Made by a program: the position numbers and the translations under genes. A DNA stretch of 64,000 nt from Oligoflexales bacterium (GTDB lineage: Bacteria; Bdellovibrionota_B; Oligoflexia; Oligoflexales; Bog-1112), in contig JBGCEP010000035.1 in assembly GCA_045106415.1 (NCBI GenBank), positions 1 through 64,000 of the forward strand, read 5' to 3'. This document shows positions 44,533-53,278 of the stretch, one piece after another. The first letter of the stretch is position 1, and each line of letters begins with the position of its first letter. The notes under the pieces are model-generated. The model worked only from the letters and a program-made list of their open reading frames with translations, ran no database searches and had not been told where the DNA came from.

Positions 44533-45059
44533 ATTTCATAACCTAATTGAATGCTGGTTACTGAAAATGGCCATAAGACTTTAGCGTCGAGTTCAAGTTG
44601 AGATCGTCTTCCTATAAACAAAAGATGTTCTATTGAAGCAGTAAAATTTTCAAATTTATATTGGACCTGGATAGTTGATGTGGATCCAAAAACTTGAAAT
44701 GATGTTTTGGACTGATCAATTTTTCTTTGAACCCAACCGTGAATTTCACCAACGCCAAAGTAAAGATTACAAAAAATTTGTTTATAAGATTGAAAACGAT
44801 AACCTGCCATAAGATGCTCGCCTGTATCTTGATCTTGAAAATGGGTTGTGTCAAAGAGAGGTCTTTGCCAAATGTATGCGCGAATTGAGAGAGTGTCCTC
44901 GTATAAATAAAGAGTCGAAGATACATTATAAGTATAGTGAAAGTATTGACTTGCTGGTTGAGTCATAACTCCATAGCCGGCAGATGTCACTATGGACATC
45001 GCAAATGATTGCGCAGCAACCATGAACACACAAATAGTGGTGAAGGTTATTTTTGCCAT
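44529..45059 (-). CDS. Secreted hypothetical protein, probable small outer-membrane beta-barrel
   Basis: Signal peptide ending AQSFA, amphipathic strands (MAGYRF, LYFGVG), BAM-like C-terminal strand SIQLGYEI. Confidence 0.6.
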   Translation of the reverse strand: MAKITFTTICVFMVAAQSFAMSIVTSAGYGVMTQPASQYFHYTYNVSSTLYLYEDTLSIRAYIWQRPLFDTTHFQDQDTGEHLMAGYRFQSYKQIFCNLYFGVGEIHGWVQRKIDQSKTSFQVFGSTSTIQVQYKFENFTASIEHLLFIGRRSQLELDAKVLWPFSVTSIQLGYEI

Positions 45060-45076
45060 AAGGACCTTTGATTGTT

Positions 45077-45103
45077 TTGTCTATGATCTCAGATCATAGA
45101 CAA
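45077..45103. repeat. Perfect 13-1-13 palindrome
   Basis: TTGTCTATGATCT-C-AGATCATAGACAA between the HDOD stop and the barrel gene start. Confidence 0.9.
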
Positions 45104-45126
45104 GAGAACAAATCTGGTCTTAGGTT

Positions 45127-46173
45127 CTAATCAAGAAGGTCTGAGATTTGAGATTTAATGCTTTCGGCGAGCTCAAATACATCTTCGTCACTTAGTTTAA
45201 AAAATTGTTTGAGCATTTCGAACTTACGTTCATGAATTCTATGGGGATGTAGCATCACCCAATGGGTGAGATAATTTGCAAAAGAAACAACTTCGATCAG
45301 GCCCTCATGTGGTTCTAAATCTTGAGATTGCCGTGCCTGCCTATGATGAAAGCGACAAGTTTCTAAGACAAAATCAGGTAAACCCCAAAGAGCTGCGCCA
45401 ACCTCACCTAAAACAGAATGATCGGTAAGTCCATATTGAATTTCAACTGCAGACCATGTTTTTAAACTGCTATGTGAATACACTTCCTGTGAAATTTGAT
45501 CTACCTTTTCTGGGAAGCAAAGAGCTGCGACAATTTTTCCTATGTTGGCTAAATATCCCGCTAAGTAAGCTTCGTCTTTAGATATTTGTGGTCGATATCT
45601 TTTAGCGACTTCTTCGGCAATTGCAGCACAAATAGCAGAAGGCTTCCAAACAAGGTCAGGGTGAAAGTTTTTTGTTGGAAATTCGAATGTATGAAGAGAT
45701 GCAGATAAGACAATATCACCAAGAGACTTGGTTCCAATGAAAACCATAGCATGTTCGAGAGATTGAAATGGAGGAGCATGCCGGTCACGGGTTGCTTTGA
45801 TTCGATTTGCTGTTTTAAAAACATTACTCGCAACAATGGGCTCTTGCTTGACTGTATTTGCAAGAGCTTTTACTGGAGTATCAGGGTCTTGTAAAAGTTG
45901 TTGAACCTTCATCACAATAGAGGGGATATGAGGCAGTTGATTTTTCTGTGAAATGAGATTGAAAACACTTCCAGCATCTTTAGACATATGTTTTTCTGGA
46001 GAGTACCAATCGAATTTTCCGGCGGGGATCATAAGTGTAGAGTTGCAATCACAGTTAAACCATAAGTTTTTCCCTGAGCAAACTCGCCATCTAGAAGTCC
46101 CTGTTAAATAATCAGACTCTGTGCGAAAAACTCTTCCACAGCTTTTACAATCTTTTTGTATAGTCGTAGACAA
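45127..46173 (-). CDS. HDOD domain protein with N-terminal Cys-rich (Zn-ribbon-like) domain
   Basis: LPHIP, EPIVA..FKTAN, AYLAGYLANIGK, DHSVLG..WGLP..FHH; N-terminal CKSC..C..CDC; GGAGG RBS favours TTG start at 46173. Confidence 0.88.
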   Translation of the reverse strand: MSTTIQKDCKSCGRVFRTESDYLTGTSRWRVCSGKNLWFNCDCNSTLMIPAGKFDWYSPEKHMSKDAGSVFNLISQKNQLPHIPSIVMKVQQLLQDPDTPVKALANTVKQEPIVASNVFKTANRIKATRDRHAPPFQSLEHAMVFIGTKSLGDIVLSASLHTFEFPTKNFHPDLVWKPSAICAAIAEEVAKRYRPQISKDEAYLAGYLANIGKIVAALCFPEKVDQISQEVYSHSSLKTWSAVEIQYGLTDHSVLGEVGAALWGLPDFVLETCRFHHRQARQSQDLEPHEGLIEVVSFANYLTHWVMLHPHRIHERKFEMLKQFFKLSDEDVFELAESIKSQISDLLD

Positions 46174-46192
46174 AGCGACCTCCATAGCTACG

Positions 46193-46219
46193 TCATCGGG
46201 TATTTTTACTATGGGCTGA
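46193..46219 (-). promoter_or_regulatory. Candidate sigma28 promoter of the HDOD gene
   Basis: Minus strand TCAG-N15-CCCGATGA. Confidence 0.5.
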
Positions 46220-46344
46220 GCTTTTGTTCGCTAAGTTTCTGAAAAGATAAAACTTTATTTCCCAAACTTTAAACAGCACTTGGTGTTTGTAAATGTTTTC
46301 TCATGTTAAAGTGATTTTAGTGCTTGCTCTTTAAAGGAGATGCT

Positions 46345-47013
46345 GTGAAATTTTTGAAAAAAAGTATGTTTTTATCTTTTGTTACTAGTTTGTTATGTTT
46401 TTTGCTTTCTCAAATAAGCGTTGCTAGCTCAGTGCCTGTAGCGCAAGCGCTGCAAAAATTAAAATTATATGGAAAAAAATTAGAAGATAAAGAATACGTA
46501 AATTTTGAATTTCAGCAAGAAGTTTATCGTGCAAGCCGCAAACGTACGGTAAAAAGTAGTGGGCGTGCTTTATTTGCAAAACCGAATAAATTTCGATGGA
46601 CTTTTGATAAACCGGGCATGGGGGAATGGATATTTGATGGGAAAATGCTATTTCATCACCATGCGGAACAAAAAAAAGCAAAATCTTACAGCTTAACTTC
46701 AGGTCATATGCATGAATTTAAAAGGTTAGTGCACATGGTGCTGGATACAACTCAACTTTTAAAGGAGTTTGAATTAAGGTCAGCAAATGAAAAATCAGGA
46801 CTTTTTAGTTTTTTTCTTGTGCCTTATAAGAAGAAAAATATGGATTCGCTTGAGCTGAAATATGATCACAATCAGAGTTATCTTAAGGAGGTTGTTATGA
46901 TACTAAATGGTGGTAATACAACAACTTTATTTTTCTCAAAACCAGATTTCAAGCCTTTTTCAGTCTCAAAATTTGATTTGGATAAACGAGTGAAAATTAT
47001 AAAATCTTTATGA
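46345..47013 (+). CDS. lolA: Outer-membrane lipoprotein carrier LolA family protein
   Basis: Signal peptide, FQQ, SSGRALFAKPNKFRW, IFDGK; GTG start with AAAGGAG RBS. Confidence 0.82.
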   Translation: MKFLKKSMFLSFVTSLLCFLLSQISVASSVPVAQALQKLKLYGKKLEDKEYVNFEFQQEVYRASRKRTVKSSGRALFAKPNKFRWTFDKPGMGEWIFDGKMLFHHHAEQKKAKSYSLTSGHMHEFKRLVHMVLDTTQLLKEFELRSANEKSGLFSFFLVPYKKKNMDSLELKYDHNQSYLKEVVMILNGGNTTTLFFSKPDFKPFSVSKFDLDKRVKIIKSL

Positions 47014-47030
47014 TGGTGTAAAAAAAATTG

Positions 47031-47057
47031 TCAAGTTGTGTGATTTTTATCCGATTC
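47031..47057 (+). promoter_or_regulatory. Candidate sigma28 promoter of the PocR-sigma54 activator gene
   Basis: TCAA-N15-TCCGATTC, 30 nt upstream of the ATG. Confidence 0.5.
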
Positions 47058-47087
47058 TTTTTAAGTTGTTTTTAGAAAGAGGTCGAG

Positions 47088-48668
47088 ATGGACCATCAGC
47101 AAGTTGTTCGTTGGGAAGAGTTTGATAAAATTCATGTTGTTCGCCGTTTAAAACAACTTATAGCACGTTGGTGGCGAGTTCAGATTAACTTTACAGATGA
47201 AAAAGGTTTTTTGAGAGGTGTCCCAGAAGGGAGATTTTTTAACCCTTTGAATGATGTCTGTCAAAAGTTTACCGATGATGTTAAGGGATATCAGCACTGT
47301 ATAGGAAGTGTTCGTGATACAGCTGCTCACACACGGGCATCGAAAACAACTCGTATGGATACTTGCCATGCAGGATTTTCGACTCTATCTGTTCCTATTG
47401 AAATTGAAAACCAATATCTTGGGTGTGTTTTTGGAGATGGGTTTTTAATCGAAGAGTCAAAAACTTCTCAAATTATTAAAATTAAAAATGCATTTTTAAA
47501 ATCATTTCCGACTGAGCTCGATTGCGATAAATGGATTGATTCTATTCCTATTCTTTCGTCAAAAGATGTTGAGAATCTCACTGAATTAATTCATATGGTT
47601 GTTGAAGAAATTTTAATGGCTCAAGTCAATATTCATTACGCTGAAGAAAAAGTAGAAAAATTACAGTCGGAATTAGGAGAGAGATATAGTTTCCACAGTA
47701 TGGTTGGAAAATCATCACCTATGCAACAGCTGTACAAATTAATAGAAAGAGTTTGTGAATCGAGCGCAATTGTTCTTATACAAGGTGAAAATGGAACAGG
47801 GAAAGAACTGATAGCAAAAGCTTTGCATTATAATTCACCACGAAAAAAAGAAAATTTTCTTGCTGTGAATTGTGGGGCTTTCAATGAAAATTTACTAGAA
47901 TCAGAATTATTCGGGCATGCAAAAGGCGCGTTTACTGGTGCTATCAAAGAAAAACAGGGTTTGTTTGCTTCTGCGCATAAAGGAACTCTTTTTTTAGATG
48001 AAATTGGAGAAACATCTCTTTCAATGCAGGTAAAACTTCTACGTGTTCTGCAAGAAGGCACTTATACTCCAGTAGGAAGCACGCAAACTTTAAAGTCTCA
48101 AGCCAGGATTGTGTGCGCTACAAATAGAGATTTGCAAGCAATGGTTGTAGATAAAACATTTCGTGAAGACTTATTTTATAGATTAAATGTGATTAATTTA
48201 TCTGTGCCAGCTTTAAGAGATCGATCTGAAGATATTCCTTTGTTGACAGAAAAATTTTTGAAAAATTATGCAGAAAAAAATAAAGAAGAACAGAGACGTT
48301 TAGATCAAAGCTGCGTGCAAATTTTTTTAAGTTACGAATGGCCGGGTAACGTGCGAGAGCTAGAAAATGAGATAGAAAGATTATGTGTATTATCTCAATC
48401 AGGAGAAGAATTGAGTAAAGATCTCATTTCCCCGCGGATTTTAACTTATAAGTCCTCTTTGTCTGCAGGAAAAAAAGAAAGAGATCATAAATTTCTTTCT
48501 TTGAAAGATGCTATACAAGACTTAGAAAAAGAAATGATTGAATCAGGCCTACAAAGAACTCGTTATAATAAATCACAGTTAGCACGAGAATTAGGTATTA
48601 GTAGAGCTTCTTTGATTACAAAAGTAGAACGTTATGGGTTAGATAAAAGAAATTTTTCAGAAAAGTAA
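47088..48668 (+). CDS. Sigma54-dependent enhancer-binding protein with PocR-like sensor domain
   Basis: GENGTGKE, ESELFGHAKGAFTGA, FLDEIGE, WPGNVRELEN, Fis HTH; N-terminal C..C..CHAG PocR-like pattern. Confidence 0.9.
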   Translation: MDHQQVVRWEEFDKIHVVRRLKQLIARWWRVQINFTDEKGFLRGVPEGRFFNPLNDVCQKFTDDVKGYQHCIGSVRDTAAHTRASKTTRMDTCHAGFSTLSVPIEIENQYLGCVFGDGFLIEESKTSQIIKIKNAFLKSFPTELDCDKWIDSIPILSSKDVENLTELIHMVVEEILMAQVNIHYAEEKVEKLQSELGERYSFHSMVGKSSPMQQLYKLIERVCESSAIVLIQGENGTGKELIAKALHYNSPRKKENFLAVNCGAFNENLLESELFGHAKGAFTGAIKEKQGLFASAHKGTLFLDEIGETSLSMQVKLLRVLQEGTYTPVGSTQTLKSQARIVCATNRDLQAMVVDKTFREDLFYRLNVINLSVPALRDRSEDIPLLTEKFLKNYAEKNKEEQRRLDQSCVQIFLSYEWPGNVRELENEIERLCVLSQSGEELSKDLISPRILTYKSSLSAGKKERDHKFLSLKDAIQDLEKEMIESGLQRTRYNKSQLARELGISRASLITKVERYGLDKRNFSEK

Positions 48669-49865
48669 GCATGTTGTTTTTTTAAATATTTTTTCTTTAG
48701 AGAAAAGATAAATCCTAGGGGATGACTGCAAAAATTCACCTGATTTCGCAGGCCTTAAAAGTATCGATTCTCCTTTTTTAACAGAATTATTTTTGTCAAA
48801 AAGTGGAGTTTGTACTTCACCAAAACCTTCTTGTTTTAAAGGTCTCAAATGACAAGGATATGCAACAACTGGCGTTCGATCTTCTCCAATGGCTCCGCTG
48901 GCTGTATACCCTCCACCTTGGCAAGTAATTATACCTGACGAGGGGGTTCTTGTGGCTGTTACTCCACAAAAAACAGCAGGTTTCCCCCATCTGTGTCGAT
49001 AACGATCAAATAAATGAGGTTGCAATAACCCTGATCCAATGGTGATTTCATTAATAGAAGTGTCCTTTAATGATTGAATCAAACTTCCTGTCCCACCTCC
49101 GTTGTGAATGAAATTATCATTGCGGCAAGGTGATTCGTTTTTTATAAGATCTCTTATTTCTTTTGCATGTTTTTTTGCGTAAATTTTGAACAATCCCAGA
49201 GCTAGAGATTTTGTTTTTTGATTCTTATTAAAATCTGTTAACCCTGCGATGTGTGCGTCATAGGTCATGACACCTTTTAATTCTAATTTTTTATATTTTT
49301 TTAGTTCTTTAAGTAGATTTTTAAAACCGATCAATGCGTGAGCGGGGGATCTACGTACGCCTAGATGGATAGTATGATTAAGAATCTTTTTACGGATAGA
49401 AATATCAATATCAAAGCAAATATGAAGACTTTCCTCTAATGTCCACCATTTTTGATAGGCTCGCATTCCCTCAGGATCATCGATCATCACGATAACTTTA
49501 ACACCTTTTTCATAGCATTGAATGATGGCTTCCATAGCTTTTTGAGAGTGTAATGGATATGCGAGTAAAATATTCTGAAAACCATTTTCTACGAGTTTCA
49601 AAGTTTCCCATGGATCATAACTCATAATTCCGATGACCTCAGGGCGTTGCAATGCTTTTTCTAAAAGAAGGGGAATGCGTATGGATTTAGATGCTATGCG
49701 TATTTTTTTATTAAATTTATTTGCATGCTCACAGCAAAAATCTAGGTTTTCTTCAAATATTTCTTCACTTATAATTGCAGAGGGAAGAGGGATAGAAGAA
49801 GAATTTTTTGATAAATCTTTTAAGAAATCATTATGAGTTTTTGTTTTTTGAGGCCAAATATTCAA
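48657..49865 (-). CDS. Fold-type III PLP enzyme (DSD1/D-threonine aldolase-like, amino acid deaminase/aldolase)
   Basis: IRIASKSIR (PLP lysine), GVRRSP, GVMTYDAHIAG, NGGGTGS, EITIGSG, GFGEVQTP. Confidence 0.82.
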   Translation of the reverse strand: MNIWPQKTKTHNDFLKDLSKNSSSIPLPSAIISEEIFEENLDFCCEHANKFNKKIRIASKSIRIPLLLEKALQRPEVIGIMSYDPWETLKLVENGFQNILLAYPLHSQKAMEAIIQCYEKGVKVIVMIDDPEGMRAYQKWWTLEESLHICFDIDISIRKKILNHTIHLGVRRSPAHALIGFKNLLKELKKYKKLELKGVMTYDAHIAGLTDFNKNQKTKSLALGLFKIYAKKHAKEIRDLIKNESPCRNDNFIHNGGGTGSLIQSLKDTSINEITIGSGLLQPHLFDRYRHRWGKPAVFCGVTATRTPSSGIITCQGGGYTASGAIGEDRTPVVAYPCHLRPLKQEGFGEVQTPLFDKNNSVKKGESILLRPAKSGEFLQSSPRIYLFSKEKIFKKTTCLLF

Positions 49866-51762
49866 GATATATCCCGTGTTTTATAAATTTTAATTTAGAT
49901 AAAAATTGTTTCCCATAATAACCTGTAAGCATATATTTGGAGTGTTTGAATTGCTGAGGAGTTGAGGGAAACCAATTAACTTCAGTTTTTTTAGAATTTG
50001 AGTCTTTTAATATTGATTTGATATGTGTGAATCCATGCAGCCCATGCAAGCCTTTGTGTCGCCCAAACCCACTTCTTCGAGTGCCGCCAAAGGGAAGATT
50101 ATGATTACCTTCTGATGCCATAACATTATTTATAGAAAGGCTTCCTACTTTTAATCTTCTAGAAAAATAATTTATTTTTTCTTTATTTGATCCCCAAATA
50201 CTAGCAGATAAGCCATAGTGAGTGCTGTGAATATGTTTAATAACTTCTTCTGATGATTGAAAAGAGATAAGTGGAATTATAGGACCAAAAGTTTCCTCTT
50301 TCATGATCAACATATCAAAAGAAATATTCTCAATAATAATAGGATGTATAAGAGGGTTTTTTTTATCCCATTCTTTCCCGTATAAAATATGAGCGCCTTT
50401 TTTTATAGCGTCTTCAAGTTGAATACGAATTTTTTCTATCTGTTTAGGAAGTAATATGGGTCCATAGTCATAAGTGTGATTTTTGTTATGTCGTTCATCT
50501 CCAACTTGAATTAATTTTGCTTGATGAATAATTTTATTTTTAAATTCATTGAAGATATTTTGATGAATAAAAACAATTTCTACGGACGAGCAAGCTTGCC
50601 CTGATGTGACGCAACTTCCCCATAAAATCCCAGGAACAGCCCTAGATAGTTGAGCATCGGATAAGACAATAGCAGCGTCTTTACCACCAAGTTCAAGTTC
50701 TACTGGTATAAGTTTTTCGCTAGCTTGTTTTAATATTTTTGTGGCAGTGGACTCACTGCCAGTAAAAAATATTTTTTCAGGTCGAGATGCGATGATTTCT
50801 TCAGCAACATGGCCATCTCCATAGAAAAAATAGGCAGAGTTCTTTGGTAATATATTTATTATTTCATTCATCAGGCTTTGTAAAGGAGTCCACTCTGATG
50901 GTTTGACAAGAGTTTGGTTCCCGCATAAAAAAGAAGTTGTGAGAGTTTGTATAGCTTGATAAAAAGGGTAGTTCCAAGCTGTTATGATCAAAACTCTTCC
51001 AAGAGGTTCGAAAGATATCGATGAAGTCTTGCCAAACATCATCATTGGTGTAGCAACTTTTTTAGTTTTTAATTGGTTTTTAACTCCAATAAGCCACTTT
51101 ATATTTTCTAGAGCAGAAAATATTTCTGTAAAGACAATCTCATTGCGACTTTTACCAGTTTCTTTTTGGATGTGGTTGATAATATGATCCATGTTTTCTA
51201 GGATCCATGTGTGAATAATTTGTAAATATTGGACACGTTGAGACAAAGATGGGGGGGTGTATGGCTCTATAGAAAATTTTTCTAACAAAAAATTGTTTTT
51301 TTCTTGAGAGTGAGGATTAAGATCTTTTTTTATAGCGTTACTATATTTATTTTCACTTTTTTGTGTTGTTTGAATGCTCGATTCCCATCCCATTTTTTTA
51401 TAAATTTTATCATGAGCTTTTGAGTGTGGCTGATGAGTATAATAAAGGGTGTAGGTCACTCCTCGGAGACCCATTAAAATTTTACGAGACGTAACTCCTA
51501 TAATATCTTCTCTTTTCCTTTTTCGATGCAATGATTTTAAGGTAGAGTGTAAAATAAACATAGGTATAAAAGATAAGGTGAAGAGTAAAATCTTTAGCCC
51601 AAATCTATCAGTAGAGTTCATTGCATTGAGCATAGTTTCAATTGAAGATTGTTTTTCAGCTTCTTGAAAAGAGGGCATTGATTTGTTTGTTGGGAGTAAA
51701 CATTGTCCAACTTTACATAGACCAAGATGTTGTCTTTGGCTGAAAAGATGTAATTTTTTCAT
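49831..51762 (-). CDS. Aldehyde dehydrogenase with extra N-terminal domain of about 150 aa
   Basis: WNYPF, KPSE, FFTGS, LELGGKD, GQAC (catalytic Cys), EETFGP, PFGG; ATGA overlap with GMC stop. Confidence 0.9.
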   Translation of the reverse strand: MKKLHLFSQRQHLGLCKVGQCLLPTNKSMPSFQEAEKQSSIETMLNAMNSTDRFGLKILLFTLSFIPMFILHSTLKSLHRKRKREDIIGVTSRKILMGLRGVTYTLYYTHQPHSKAHDKIYKKMGWESSIQTTQKSENKYSNAIKKDLNPHSQEKNNFLLEKFSIEPYTPPSLSQRVQYLQIIHTWILENMDHIINHIQKETGKSRNEIVFTEIFSALENIKWLIGVKNQLKTKKVATPMMMFGKTSSISFEPLGRVLIITAWNYPFYQAIQTLTTSFLCGNQTLVKPSEWTPLQSLMNEIINILPKNSAYFFYGDGHVAEEIIASRPEKIFFTGSESTATKILKQASEKLIPVELELGGKDAAIVLSDAQLSRAVPGILWGSCVTSGQACSSVEIVFIHQNIFNEFKNKIIHQAKLIQVGDERHNKNHTYDYGPILLPKQIEKIRIQLEDAIKKGAHILYGKEWDKKNPLIHPIIIENISFDMLIMKEETFGPIIPLISFQSSEEVIKHIHSTHYGLSASIWGSNKEKINYFSRRLKVGSLSINNVMASEGNHNLPFGGTRRSGFGRHKGLHGLHGFTHIKSILKDSNSKKTEVNWFPSTPQQFKHSKYMLTGYYGKQFLSKLKFIKHGIYLEYLASKNKNS

Positions 51763-53147
51763 GAAAAACTCCTGATAACAGATTGTGAAGCCATCGATGA
51801 TAAAGCCATGACAGTAAGGCTGGGATTTATACCTGGAGCGCAAGGGAAAATACTTGAATCTGCGCAAAAAATATTCTTATGATGATGCAATTGGAAATTT
51901 TCATTAACAACCGATTGTTGATCATCTGATCCTATGCGACACCCGCCCATGAGATGAAGGCTGATAGCCATATCACTTTTGGTTGTTTGTAAACATCCTG
52001 ATTCATGATAAATTTTATCAATAATTTTAAATCCTTCATTGCGTTTTTTTAAGTCTTCATTTGAGATGTTTTTTAGTATCGTGACTTTTCCGCGATGTGT
52101 TTTGATTTCCCCAGGAGTCGTGTCTCTTATTGCAACTTCAATACAAGCTGTGTGAGAAAGATGAGTCATCCATTCTTGATGGTTAAGCCCATGTTTTGGT
52201 ATGATCATCGAAAGAGCAACAGGTCCTGCAAAAACATTTTCGAGTTTAAAGCCTTTTTCACGGAACTGAGGATCGTTAGATTTGTATGTCTGAAGAGGTC
52301 CCTCAAAAGACCTTATTTTTTCTGCATATCGAGCTAATGTAAGCCATTGTGGGTGATTATAAAAATGGTGGCCTATACTTTTTATTTTTTTATTGAAATG
52401 AGACGATTGTAATATTTTAGTATTTCCAATTGAACCTGCTGCAAGAATGAGCCGAGGAGCAGTAAATTCTTCAGTGTGACCAAGAGAGTTTCTTCCTTGG
52501 ACGGTCACGTGATCTTGATAATGCTTAATGTTGGAGACTGTAAACCCTGTATATAACCAAGAATGCGATGAAAGAGCTTCTCCTAATACAGAGTCGAGCA
52601 TAGACTGCTTGCTGCCAATTTTACAGCCACCAAGACATTCTATGCAATCATTACCATCTTGATATTGGCAATTTTTTTGAGCTCTTAATAGTGAGCCATA
52701 TTTATACCCTTGACTTTTTAGGCCTTCTTTAAAAATAGAAGCGTTTTTATTTGCGTATTTTTCGGGAATAGTCTCAGTGTGGATTTGGTTGAGTACTTTT
52801 TTGTAATATGGATCTATGGATTTAGAATTAAAAAAAGAGATGCCAGAATCTTCAGTAAATAGCTCCCATGCCATTTGATCAAAACGGTCTAAAAGACCTC
52901 CGTTAATTACAGATCCACCACCTACAACTTTGGGTCTAAGGAGTGCTAAATTCATATCTGAATTAAATTCAGCGCCTCCATCCCAAAACATATGGCTATT
53001 CATTTCCAGTTCATGTTTGGGGTATGTACGCGGCGTATAAGCAAGGCCTGATTCAAGAATAAGGCACCTCAGCCCAGCCTCAGTCAACTCTCTTGCAAAA
53101 AAAGACCCAGATATTCCGGAACCAATGATAATGGCATCCCATTGCAT
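51759..53147 (-). CDS. GMC family FAD oxidoreductase (long-chain alcohol oxidase-like)
   Basis: IIIGSGISG, VGGGSVING, CIECLGGC..GSKQS, LAAGSIG, HLMGGCRIG, ADSSIFP, GINP. Confidence 0.9.
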   Translation of the reverse strand: MQWDAIIIGSGISGSFFARELTEAGLRCLILESGLAYTPRTYPKHELEMNSHMFWDGGAEFNSDMNLALLRPKVVGGGSVINGGLLDRFDQMAWELFTEDSGISFFNSKSIDPYYKKVLNQIHTETIPEKYANKNASIFKEGLKSQGYKYGSLLRAQKNCQYQDGNDCIECLGGCKIGSKQSMLDSVLGEALSSHSWLYTGFTVSNIKHYQDHVTVQGRNSLGHTEEFTAPRLILAAGSIGNTKILQSSHFNKKIKSIGHHFYNHPQWLTLARYAEKIRSFEGPLQTYKSNDPQFREKGFKLENVFAGPVALSMIIPKHGLNHQEWMTHLSHTACIEVAIRDTTPGEIKTHRGKVTILKNISNEDLKKRNEGFKIIDKIYHESGCLQTTKSDMAISLHLMGGCRIGSDDQQSVVNENFQLHHHKNIFCADSSIFPCAPGINPSLTVMALSSMASQSVIRSFS

Positions 53148-53278
53148 AGTATGGCTCTTTATAATGAATGATCGTTGCATTTTAACATGGACTTACCATT
53201 GTGTGTATCTTTGCAAAACCTTTTTTATATGATGATCTTTTGTCTGCTATTCTTGAGAAGACTATAAAGGGGTTTATA

